A DNA stretch of 64,000 nt from Carcharhinus amblyrhynchos (lineage: Eukaryota). Positions 1-10,553 of this stretch are shown in pieces (positions within the stretch are counted from its first letter, which is position 1; every line of letters starts with the position of its first letter). The stretch spans positions 41,292,001 to 41,356,000 of the forward strand of contig OZ336885.1 of the NCBI GenBank assembly GCA_965287045.1. The letters are read 5' to 3'. Made by a program: the position numbers and the translations under genes. The notes under the pieces were generated by a model, which saw only the letters and a program-made list of their open reading frames with translations, searched no databases and was not told the origin of the DNA.

Positions 1-500
1 GAAGTCTAGACAAAGTTTGGAGTATGACAGAATACATGCCGTGTATCTAGATAAAATTCCAACAACACTTGAAGCTCAAAACTATCCAGGACAAAATAGC
101 TGTTTGATTAGGATCCCACCTACCACCTTAAACATTCACTTCTCCCACTGCAGTGGCAGCAGTGTGTACCATTTATAAGATGCACTACAGCTGAATTGTC
201 AAAGCTTCTTTGATAGCACCTTTATAATCCACTATTTTTAGCATCTTGAAGGATCAAGTGCCTGGGAACTCTGTCAACTTCAAATTCCCCTTCAAGTACA
301 TGCTGCTCTATATTTTGTCATGTTTCCTTAACTTTCACTGGGTCAAAATCCTGGCACTCCTTCCCTAACAGCACTGTGGGAGTACCTCCACCAGACGAAC
401 ACCAACAGTTTAATAAGGCAACTCACTACTACCATGTGTAGAGCAATTAGGGATGGGCAATAAATGCTGGCCTTGCCAATGACACCCATATCCTGTGATT
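1..500 (+). mobile_element. Degenerate 3' fragment of an old CR1-group LINE (family B)
   Basis: Ends in the 3' motif GCAATTAGGGATGGGCAATAAATGCTGGCCTTGCCA...CCCATATCC, which recurs at ~17230, ~26350 and ~33080. A short inverted copy of the same end follows at ~503-600. Confidence 0.7.
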
Positions 501-1435
501 GTTTTTTTTATTCATTCATGGGATGTGAGCATCACTGGCTAAGCCAGCATTTATTGACCAAAAGCTAATTACCCTTGACAATGTGATGGTCAGTTGCCAA
601 ACCCACTATGACACTCCCAGGCTCTGTTACCAGTGCTGATTACATTCCCAGCCCGAGTGACTCGATCCCCCACTCAGCCCACCTCCTCCCGCAGACCCCG
701 CACTCAGCCACCCTTCAGGTCAAACAGCTCGGCAGTGCCAACAGTGCACTGCCCCTGGCACCTCGGCACTGACACACTGATCTGATGCCATGGACTCCAT
801 GGGGGCTCGAGGACATAGGTCCAGTGACCATTTGCCCCTATGCAGCTGTCAGGCTGCAGAGGAAGGGTCCCTCAAGAGTAGTGGGAATTGAGTGGACTCA
901 GGCTGGGGACAAGTTATCACTCTCCAGCTGGATGATGTTGTGGGGTGTCATGACTACAATGCCCCTCTATCTCTAGCAAACCTGAAGATTACCTCTGGCA
1001 TGGTGGTTTCAGGTAGCCCATGAACAATTTCTGCATTTCTGCCTGTCAGCTGTGCAATCCTAAATTGACCAGGTCACTTTAATCTCCATGTTCCCTGGTC
1101 ACCTTGTACAATTTTAAACCATTGCAGCACTCCATTCTGCAGCAAAGGATTTTCCTTTCCCCCTGACAAAAGCTGCAGGTGAGAGCAGACCTCTTTGAAG
1201 TCCTCTGACAGAGAGAGGAGATGTCATTTTCACCTGGGGTGGTCCTGTCTGCCCAACTGTACACTCAGTCCCAATGTATACACACAGCTTTGCGCTGAGG
1301 TTGCTGTGTCTCCCCAGTGGGCAGGGTTTGTTTAAACCCTCTGCATTGTACTTGAAGCCCTTGATCGGTAACAAGTTCAACTGCTCTGTCTCATAAAAGA
1401 TCCGTCAGATGAAAGGCTTTCTATCAGCATCCGTA

Positions 1436-1550
1436 ATGTGGAGATGCTGGTGTTGGACTCGGGTAGAGGTCTCAAACACCAAGTTAAAGTCCAACAGGTT
1501 TATTTGGTAGTATGACCGTTCGGAGCGCTGCCCCTTCATCAGGTGAGTGA
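1436..1550 (-). mobile_element. Penelope-like element terminal (pLTR) fragment with a degraded hammerhead motif
   Basis: ATGTGGAGATGCTGG...GTTAAAGTCCAACAGGTTTATTTGG...CTTCATCAGGTGAG matches the terminus of the GIY-YIG-bearing copy at 29118. Confidence 0.8.
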
Positions 1551-1662
1551 GCCACCTTTTAGTGTTAGGCATTACACTTTTATACTTTGCAGGAGAAGTG
1601 TGCCAACGATGTCAGGGAAGGAAGCAAAACTAGAGGTAGTTTCCTGAACTTGTCATCCTATC

Positions 1663-1715
1663 ATTGGCCAAGAAGGAGAATTTCCTGCTCTTAGTTGAAT
1701 CCTTTCGTTGATTGG
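1663..1715. promoter_or_regulatory. Two ATTGG (reverse CCAAT) boxes between the inverted arms; possible bidirectional promoter
   Basis: ATTGG at 1663-1667 and 1711-1715. Motif presence only. Confidence 0.2.
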
Positions 1716-2367
1716 CAGAGGCGAGGTTATAGGAAGGTATGGATCTGATGCGATAGCAAATGGCTGTAACCAGAACCAAAGGGGATAGGACAGCAGGGAG
1801 CTGAATTATTTTTTGGCATGGTCAGCGAATCTTAAAATTCCCATCTCTGTGCTAATAACTAGTGAAGCTTCCTAGTGGAAAGGTTTTGATGTTAGTGCAA
1901 GTGTGTGCAGTGTTTGCATTGTATCATGTCTCATATTGCACATGGATGCTGATAGAAAGCCTTTCATCTGACCGATCTTTTATCAGACACTGCAGTTGAA
2001 TTTGTTACGGATCAAGGGCTTCAAGTGCAATGGAGAGGGTCTAAACAATTCCCACCTGTTGGGAAAACGCAGCAACTGAGCACTTTAACTTGCACAACTG
2101 TGAAAAATTTGGAAAGCCAGCTAAAGCTCTTTCTTCTGTCTCCCTTGTGCAGGTGAAGTCTCTTCCATGGCCTAAGATGTCAGCTCCATTATTTCCCTCT
2201 GAGGATGAGGAAGAATGCTCGATGAAACCACCTGTCTCTGTTCCAAACACCATTGCAGAAGCTGGCAGTTTGACAGGGGTTAACCCTTCAGAACAAGAGC
2301 GGATGCAATCTGATGAGAGCACTTCGCATTCAGATGTGCAGCTGCTGGAGAAATGTTTAAAATTGAT

Positions 2368-3300
2368 TTACGGGACGGGGCATTACTGACTAGGCTAGCA
2401 TTTATTGCCCATCCCTAAGTATCATTGACAAGGTGATGGTGAGCTGCCCACTTGAACTGCTGCAAGCCCTGTGGTGTAGGTACACCTGGTGTGCTGTTAG
2501 AGAGGGACTTCGAGGATGTCCACCTAGCCACAGTGAAGGAACAATATTTCCAAATCAGGGTGGTGTGTGGCTTGGAGGGGAACTTGCAGGTGGTGGTGTT
2601 CCCAGATATCTGATGCTCTTGCCCCTCTAGATATTAGAGGTCATGGGTCTAGAAGATAATATCATAGGAGCCTTGGCGAGGGGTGGCATGATGGCACAGT
2701 GGTTAGCACTGTTGCCTCACAGCGCCAGGGACCCGGGTTCAATTCCTGGCTTGGATCACTGTCTGTACAAGTTTGCATGTTTTCCCCGTGTCTGCATGGG
2801 TTTCCTCTAAGTGCTCCCACAGTCTGAAGAACATGCTGGTTATGTGCATTAGCTATGCTAAATCCTCCCTCAGTGTATGTGAACAGGTGCCGGACGTGGC
2901 AACTAGGGGATTTTCACATAACTTCTTTGCAGTGTTAATGTAAGCCTACTCGTGACACTAAAATGTAAGCTTAAATTTGCAGTGTATATTGTAAGTATTG
3001 TTGCCATCATGCATCGGTGGTGGAAGGAGTACGTATTGAAAATGGTAGAAGAGGTGCCAATCAAACAAGTTGCTTTGCCCTGGATGTTGTTGGAGCTACA
3101 CTCATCTAAGCAAATAGAACATATTTCATCACAGTCTTGATTTGTGCCTTGTAGACAGTGAACAGACTTTGGGGAGCCAGGAGATGAGTCATTCACTATA
3201 CAATTTCTAGCTTCTGACCTGCTCTTGTAGCCATAGTATTTATATGGCAGGTACAATTCACTTGATGATCAGTGGTAACCCCAGGATGCTGATAGAGTGG
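2368..3300 (-). mobile_element. Old CR1-group LINE (family B) 3' fragment, interrupted by a SINE
   Basis: GCATTTATTGCCCATCCCTAA...GGTGATGGTGAGCTGCC is the reverse complement of the family-B 3' end. Minus ORF 2903-3256 resembles ORF 49663-50028. Confidence 0.75.
2680..2975 (+). mobile_element. tRNA-derived SINE (HE1/V-SINE-like head, alternative tail)
   Basis: A box TGGCACAGTGG, B box GGTTCAATTCC, core TCCCCGTGTCTGCATGGGTTTCCTC; tail shared with 5990-6262. Confidence 0.85.
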
Positions 3301-3711
3301 GGTAGTGTAATAGAGCAGGCCTTATAAGCAGATTCTGGATGCCCAATGCAAGGTGTATGAGATTTGGTGGATATACCAGAAGGGTTGCATGCTCTGGCAG
3401 AGACTGTGATGTACATCCAGGCAATGTACACTGCAATCACCCACTGTTCAGAGTGCTAAGCCTCCTCCACAGACTGGCAACTGTCCTGGAAGGACAAAAC
3501 AAATGTATTGCAGTCACAACATTGGGCATGAACCATTGCCCTGGAGGGTCAGACTCAGGGTGAAGAGGGGCCAGGAGCATGGACACTAAGCCATATCCTG
3601 AGATCTCACGGGAAGAGTGGATAAATCAAGCAGACTTAATGCCCCAACAGCCTGAACAAGCTCACTCTTATAAAAAGGCAAGAAACCCATCTGGAGTGAA
3701 ATACACTCAAT

Positions 3712-4500
3712 GGGGGTGATTCTCTAAAAAAATACTTCTAAGTGCTGAATTTGCAGGAAAAATGGTGTAAATCACAATTGTTTTTCCAGTGGGAGTTCAG
3801 ACTCTAATCTCCCCACTCGGTGCAATGCAGAGGTCACAATCGTGAACATTAGCAGGGCCCACTCATTTCAGAGTCTGACAGTTCTGGGTCTCTGCACATG
3901 CACAATGGCCCCGAACTGTCAGTCTCCCATATGCTGGGCAGTTTGATCACTAACCAGCCAGGCACCCCAACAGTGCTGCTCCTACAACCACTGCTCCACA
4001 GCCAATCGCTGCCCTCATGACCATTCCTCAGCCAACCCCAAACCCCCGCCCGTCCTTGAGCACTCCGATCTGCAGCCATCCCCCAGCAGTGCTGATCCTC
4101 CCCACAAGCCCCCATCCCAGCAGACTCCCCCCACGGGAAGCAGACATCCCCCAAGAGGCAGACTCTCCCCTCACCACAACAGAACATCCCCACGTGAGGC
4201 AGACCCTGCAGAAAATTACCCACCCATCTCGTGCAGCCTGCCCCTATTACTGACCTTCCTCCAACCCCGACCGATCCTGTCTGCAGAGTGGCAGTGGGAC
4301 ACCTCCGCCCCGACTGGTCACAGCTTTGGCCTCACTCCCAGGCCCTGCCCTAGGCCCACCCTCTTGGCATTGCCCCATGCCTGGTGGGCAATGCCAAGGT
4401 GCCCCTAGGGCATGGGCACTTTGCCCCTTGGGCAGTGCTAGGAGGCACAGGCTGGCACATTATCAACCTTAACCCTTGCCTTTGATAGTCCATTTTAAAA
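3712..4500 (+). mobile_element. Non-autonomous Harbinger-type DNA transposon (partial)
   Basis: Terminus GGGGGTGATTCTC...TTCTAAGTGCTGAATTTGCAGGAAAA...CAGTGGGAG recurs at 56519 (+) and at the window end (-); GC-rich TGGCA/TGCCA body. Confidence 0.6.
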
Positions 4501-4672
4501 ATGGTGGGGCGATATCAGCATTGTACTGGGGCGGGCACAGTCGGAAGTTTCACGACACCAGGTTAAAGTCCAACAGGTGTATATGGAATCACGAGCTTTC
4601 GGAGCACTGCGTCTTCATCAGGTGAGTGGAGCAGCACTCCGAAAACTTGTGATTCCAAATAAACCTTTTGGA
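4501..4672. mobile_element. Penelope-like terminal fragment with a partial inverted copy
   Basis: CACCAGGTTAAAGTCCAACAGG...GGAATCACGAGCTTTCGGAG followed by its inverted form CTCCGAAAACTTGTGATTCCAAATAAACC. Confidence 0.8.
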
Positions 4673-5234
4673 TTCATTTCAAACACGCACTGCCTCCATG
4701 CGAATTAGTTATATCTGCTCTGCTCAGTCACCATCCTTCTGCTAAGATTTATCCCCTGACTCTCCTCGTTTTTGTTCTTGGAACTGACAGCTTCTTACTG
4801 TTCCAACTTGTTGATACCCTGAAGGATCTAAAGTACATCAGTAGGCTATGCCTTTCAGTTTCTTTTCTGGCACAACTAAATTCACCTAATCTGTAATCTG
4901 TGTTTATAGCCAGGGTTTGGCAGAGAAAACAATACGTAAAACTGAAAACAAAATATAAAAATAAACCAGAGACCGAATATGGAAACTGAATTACTTTGTT
5001 GACTTATTTATTTTAATTAAAATTGTATTGAGGCTTTTGTACGGTATATTGGAGTTAAGATTACTGCAATAAAGATGCACCTGTCATTTGAGTACCTTTA
5101 TTGTTGCAACTTGAGAGTTTGGTTCAGCTGCCAAGTGCATGAGCTGGAAAATTACAAAACTGGCTGATTCACGATTGAAATGTTCATTCAGGGGCAACGT
5201 TAATCCTGGCACCCAATAATGTCAGATCACTCAC

Positions 5235-5280
5235 CGAGGGACATTACCACTCTCCTTCCACTTCAGTCAATAATGCTTGC
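5235..5280 (-). other. Candidate 46-nt exon of an unidentified minus-strand transcript
   Basis: Acceptor ttttgtttgctctttgcag, donor TCG|gtgagt; all three frames contain a stop. Confidence 0.3.
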
Positions 5281-5989
5281 CTGCAAAGAGCAAACAAAAT
5301 TAAAGTAGGTAGAACGGCCATGGAACCGGGTAAAATTATCACAGAAGCAGCTTATGAAAGTGAAGTTACGATGTTATTTTTCAAAAGAAATACTGACTTA
5401 AAGATATTGTTAGAAAGGCTGATTATTCCAACACTGTGACAGTTTAATCATTTTTGATGGAATTTTAACTTTCCACCCTCCCCCCAACCCCCATCCCCTC
5501 CCATCCTCCACTCACCACCACCCCACCCCCCCACCCCCAATCCTGGCAGCCACTTGACTGCGCCAAGCACCCACCAACTACATCTTTCCACCTGTTTTTG
5601 TTCAACAATTAGCATGTGTGATGCAAGTGCGATCCACAAGTTAAACTAGTTGAAGTGAAGAAACCTGATGATATAGAAACAAAAATGTTTTCTGCACTGA
5701 AGGAAGCAATTAATTTCATCTGTGTTTGTTCTTTTTTTGTGCAATCCAAAATCGGCCTCAAGGTCATTTGCACATAGACTTTATTTCAGCTGAAATATCC
5801 GTCCAAAGTTCCCAGAGAAGATGCAATGATCTCTATCTCAAGCACTTTCTGTGACAAGACATCCTGGACCCAAATCCCCTAGTTCAAAATAATTTTTCTT
5901 GAACACTCTCATCACTATCCTATCAATACTGTTAAATTTATGATCTCTCTTCACTGACACTCCAACCGGTAATGTTAAACCTCAATTTG

Positions 5990-6262
5990 GAATCAGTGGC
6001 TCAGTGGGTAGCACTGCTGCCCCATGGCACGAGGGATCCAGGTTCAATTCCCAACTGGCGTGACTGTCTGTGCAGAGTCTGCATATTCTCCCTGTGTCTG
6101 CGTGGGTTTCCCCCCACAGTCTGAAAGACATGCTGATTATATGCATTGACCACGCTAAAGTCTCCCTCAGTGTACAGGCGCTGGAGTGGTGACTAAGGGA
6201 TGTTCGCAGTAGTTTATTACAATGTAAATGTAAAGCCACTTGTGGCACTAATAAACTAAAAA
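5990..6262 (+). mobile_element. tRNA-derived SINE (same family as 2680)
   Basis: GTGGCTCAGTGG A box, GGTTCAATTCC B box, TCTCCCTGTGTCTGCGTGGGTTTCC core and the shared tail. Confidence 0.85.
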
Positions 6263-7009
6263 CTGAAAAACCCAGTCTGTTTAAAGTGAACCTTAAAGTG
6301 CTGGCAATGAGACAACCGCTCCAAGATGGAAAGGCCCTTTTCAAATATGTAGACTTGGTTCTGATTATGTCAACAGCACCCAATCTGTGCTTCAAGCTGA
6401 GATCTGAATTGCATAGCAAATAAGGGGGCTTCCCCACTATGACCAGATGACCTGGCAAAGTGAAAGGCCAGAAGAGGCCCAGAAAGATAAGTTTAATTTT
6501 TCTCTTTTTTTTCCAGAAGAGTAGACATCTACCTCTTTCAGCCTCCCCTGTCTCAGGTTTTCCATCCCACTTCTCCCTATTGGGAATTCCTTGCGAGAGA
6601 TGGAGACCACCAGATTTCACCTCCTGCCCATTGACTATTAAACACTCACTTTAATTGTTGTTCTCTTTTTCACATATTAGCAATGTAATTAATTTGTAGT
6701 CAACATATTTCATATTTGAAGATTTCTTACCATTGGCCCACTGACCCATTTGTTTACTTTTCTGCTAGATCCCTTTCTACATCAATGAAGTTTGCCTTTT
6801 TTTCACTCCAGCATCATTGACATTTATTCTAGATAAAGAAAAGCACATTGACATGCTGCATTTGGATTTGATAAGGTGACACGTTGAAGGTTATTGCGAA
6901 AATAAAAATTTGCAGTGCAGGGATAACATACTAACATAGATAGAAAGTTGTATGACTGGAAGAAAACAGAGAGTATGCAAACATAGATCTTTATCTGATT
7001 GGTAGGTTT

Positions 7010-7225
7010 GGCATCATAGTGCCAGCAACCTGAGTTTGATTCCAGCCCTGGTTGGCTGTGTGGAGTTTGCTTGTTCCCCCTATGTCTCTGTGAGTTTCCT
7101 CCAGGCATTCCTCCCACAGTCCAAAGGTATGTAAATTAGGTGGATTAGCCATGGTAAATGCATGAAGTTATGGAGATAGGATGGACCGGGGGCTGGACCT
7201 GGGTGAGATGGTCTTTTGGAGAGTT
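7010..7225 (+). mobile_element. HE1-like SINE, degenerate, flanked by old CR1 fragments
   Basis: GAGTTTGATTCC, TGTGGAGTTTGC...TCCCACAGTCCAAAG...GGTGGATTAGCCATG. Confidence 0.75.
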
Positions 7226-7659
7226 TTAAGGTAGAGGTATATAGATTCTTGTTAGGTAAGGTAAAGGTAAGTCAAATTCAATGCAAAATACCACAGCCAG
7301 TTCTCCTAAGCAAGGTCATTGCTTCAATAAGTATCTGTCAACATGCACCAGTTAAAACCTCAACTTTGACAACTTGGTTACTGGCAGGCCTTTAAGTACA
7401 CCTTTGCCAGTGGATGCATTGGAGCCAGGTTGCTATCACAATGGCAAATTCAGTTGTTTTAATTACTTTGCTACCCTCGTCCCACCCACTCTTAGTGGTT
7501 GTCACCAATCCCCCAGCAGCCTTTTCTATTTGTACAATAATCCTAACTGTGCTGCAGTCTCTATTTTCCAATTGTTCCTCTACTTTTAATTTGGAACTTT
7601 ATCTGATTTCAATTCCTCAAAGCAAATCAAACAATTTTGCTTCCAACGAGGAACAGTGT

Positions 7660-7785
7660 TCTGATGAAAAATGATCAACCAAAAATGTTAACATTTTCTA
7701 CCTCTATAGATGTTGGAATACCTGCTGATTATTTGCAACATTTTCTGTTTTTATCCCAGCATCCACAGTGTATTGCTTTTTTTTT
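7660..7785 (+). mobile_element. Degenerate Penelope-type terminus (second family)
   Basis: TTCTGATGAA...ACCTGCTGA...CATTTTCTGTTTTTAT; similar to 34140-34368 and 57685-57785. Confidence 0.5.
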
Positions 7786-7927
7786 CTTGTTGGATTAGAA
7801 ACATATTGATCTAGCCAGAATCCTGGGTGGATTCTAAAATCCATTTTCCATTTTGTCAAAAGGTTACATTTATTCTAGTCTGTCTTGGGACACTTTACAC
7901 CATGGAACTTAAGCTGATATTTATTTT

Positions 7928-8169
7928 TGTTGTAATATGCCCTTAAGGGTCTAAAACATGACATCACTGGAAAAGGAGTGTATCATATGATCCAGTTTAG
8001 TTTCATTTTTGCTTTAAGGTAATGCACACAGTAATCAGCTCTATTGCTATTGCCTTCAAACTTTATGTTTTTGTCTGCATGTGCCTAGTCTCAATGAACG
8101 AACCCAGTATGTGCTTACACAGTCTCTTATGAGCAATTTGTGTTTTTATATAAATGTAAAACCACAACA
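7928..8169 (+). repeat. 5' LTR
   Basis: TGTTGTAATATGC...TTTAGTTTCA...GTCTCAATGAA...CACAACA, collinear with 13692-13938. Confidence 0.85.
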
Positions 8170-8873
8170 TGGTGCAGCAACAGCTTCTTCTAAATCAACA
8201 TTACACTCAGTCTGCCAGTAGGATTAAATACATATACAGCATGGTGAACAGTCATAGATCATACTTCATGGCAAGAGATTCTGGTCAGACTACAGTAGGA
8301 TTGCAGTGTAAGAGAGTGTCCAAATCGTATTGTGGCGGTGACACAGAGCAGCACAATGGTGACATAGTATTCAAACAGAGAATTTTTAAGTTGGTGGATC
8401 CTTCATGGTGAGATTGCAATGCATAGTTTATCAGATCACTGAATGGGGCAGGGCACTGATAGGATCAGTGTCAGGTTAGCATAGCTGGAATGGGCCAGAG
8501 ACTACAGAGTGGGCTGCATCAATTGAGAGAAAGCCAAACAACAAAGAACTCGAAACATCAGTCTTGAGAAGCTGTGATTATTATGGGTAAAATTTTCAAA
8601 ATCAGCTATGGGGACACTCATCTAAGCACTATAGAAGAAAGAAAGTCAAAGGAAATTTGTCAAATTCCCCAGTTTGAATTGGAATGCAACTGACCTCCTA
8701 TCCGAATTCACAATATTTAAACAATATATAGAACAATGGTTTCTTGATTCAGGTTTGCCTGAACTAGACAGACAAGGCATAAAAATTTTGCCTAACAATT
8801 GGGAATTAAGCTCTCTACAGACTGAACACATGAGAATTAACAGCAGAAAAGCTGAAGGGTCCACAAATGATTT

Positions 8874-9720
8874 GGGGTAGAATTTTCTCAGAAAAATTCG
8901 AAGTCTCGAAAACAAGAGATTTTCTCACCCTTTTTACCAGCAAGCTAAATTATGTGAATTATGGCACACTGTGCAATGCAGAGGCCATTGACTCCTGCCC
9001 CTCCCTGCTGAGATTATTTATGCCAGAAGTTGGCTATAAACTGCTAAGGGCAGCGTATTGTACACAGTATAATGGGAGATCTATTACTCCCCCCCACCAA
9101 GGGACATTGCCCCCATTCCCCAGTTGTCACACCAACTCCATGGACCCCATCCCAATTGCTGGCCTCTCCAATCACCAGCCTCACCTATTGCTGGCCTCCT
9201 AATTGCCACCACCAATCCCCACTGATTGCTACCCTCCTGATTGCCCAGTCTGGCACCACCCCTATCATGTCCAGCTCTGTCAGGCCCCATGTCCTTGGCA
9301 CTGCACAGTGACAGTGCCAGGCTGGCAGTGCCAGGCTTGCACTGCCTATAGGGCATTGCCTAGCCCCGTCCCTAACCACCTGGGGGGGGCTTCAATGGCC
9401 TCCAGTCCCACCAGCAAGACCATCACATCAGGTCCCCTTTGATAGGGACTATCTATGATCCTCGCTGGTGAGGACCTAAACCAGTGAGGTCAGAAGGCTA
9501 AATAAACCTAGACTATTACATCCTGGGCTCATTATTAACATTAAAATGAGCTTATACATATTTAAATTAGCCTCACCCCCTTCCTGGGCATGAGACTAAT
9601 TATACCAACAGAATGGTGCTGACAATATTGAGAGAGCAAGAAATCAGGCACAAGCCCAATTTTTCGTCTCCCACTCATATTTCCCGCCTTGCTATGCTAC
9701 TTGATTAATGGAAAAATCTT
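8874..9720 (+). mobile_element. Non-autonomous Harbinger-type element nested in Gypsy gag
   Basis: Collinear with 19075-20135 (e.g. GTGCCAGGCTTGCACTGCC, CCTGGGGGGG..TCAATGG, CCCCTTCCTGGGCATGAG). Confidence 0.6.
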
Positions 9721-10230
9721 ATATCAAAAATTAGCTGAAAGTACTGGAACCTACAAAGTCAATGGGCCTGACAATATTCCAGCAATAATACTGAGGACCT
9801 ATGCTTCAGAATGAGCCATGGTTCTTGCCAAACAAATATAACTCCAACACTGATATCTACCAGGCCATGTGGAAAATTATCCCCCCGTATGTCTTGGGGA
9901 ACACTAATCTAATTCATCTAATTACCGCCCCATTTGTCTCGTCTTGAATATCAGAAAAGTGATAGAAGGGATTTTCAAAAGATTAAGTGATTAAGTGACA
10001 CTTAGTCAGCAATTACTTGCTCCCTGTCACTCAGTTTGGATTCTACAAAGACTCTCAACTCCCAACCTCATTGCAGCCTTGGTCCAATCATGGAAAAAAG
10101 AGCTGGGTTTAAGAGGTGAGGTGAGAGAGAGGCAACATTTGACCGAATGTAATTTCAAAGAACTCTTGCAAAACTGAAATCAATGGAAATCAGAGGAAAA
10201 CTCTCCACTGGTTGGAATCATACCTAACAA
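9720..10230 (+). mobile_element. CR1-group LINE (family B) RT fragment
   Basis: STPNLIAALVQSWKKELGLRGEVR is homologous to SSPDLIAAIIQTWMEDLNSRGEVR at 25226. Confidence 0.75.
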
Positions 10231-10231
10231 A

Positions 10232-10484
10232 TCAGCAACACAGTGATTAGTAGTGCTGCCTCACAGTGCCAGGGACACAGGTTCAATTCTGGCCTCAGGT
10301 GACTGTCTGGAGTTTGCATGTTCTCTCTGTATCTGTGTGGGTTTCCTCTATACTTCTTCCCATACTTCAAAGATGTGCGGGTTAGGTTGATTGACCATGG
10401 AACATTGCCCCTTAGTGTCAGTTGGATTAGCAGGGTAATACTTAGGGTTAGTCCTTCTGCACCATAAGGTTTCTATGATTCTAT
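10232..10484 (+). mobile_element. HE1-like SINE
   Basis: GCTGCCTCACAGTGCCAGGGAC..GGTTCAATTC; AAAGATGTGCGGGTTAGG; tail TTCTATGATTCTATG. Confidence 0.85.
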
Positions 10485-10553
10485 GAAAAGGGAGATTCTT
10501 TAGTCATGACGACGTAAAAGATGTTTCCTCAAAGTATCCAGAGCTAACAATTT

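Larger units (their letters stand above)
1328..2048. repeat. Inverted repeat: 105-bp arms at 1328-1432 and 1944-2048, with weaker homology extending outward (~1100-2370)
   Basis: Reverse complement of 1328-1432 aligns without gaps to 1944-2048 with 9 mismatches (manual count). Confidence 0.95.

Noticed and set aside
1405-1972. Shared in-frame TGA in both inverted arms as a selenocysteine codon
   Set aside because: No SECIS identified, the substitution pattern in that frame is not coding-like, and the right arm hits another stop soon after.
2680-2760. tRNA-like A/B boxes here and at other SINE heads
   Set aside because: They continue into a SINE body and tail; no complete cloverleaf.
5612-5672. 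Possible C/D box snoRNA (GTGATGC ... CTGA)
   Set aside because: Imperfect C box, weak terminal stem and no identifiable guide sequence.
5982-6620. 212-aa minus-strand ORF
   Set aside because: GTG start; the last ~90 aa are an antisense SINE; no recognisable domain.
6728-6780. Apparent minus-strand exon with a gtaaga donor
   Set aside because: Lies within what appears to be a decayed CR1 fragment.
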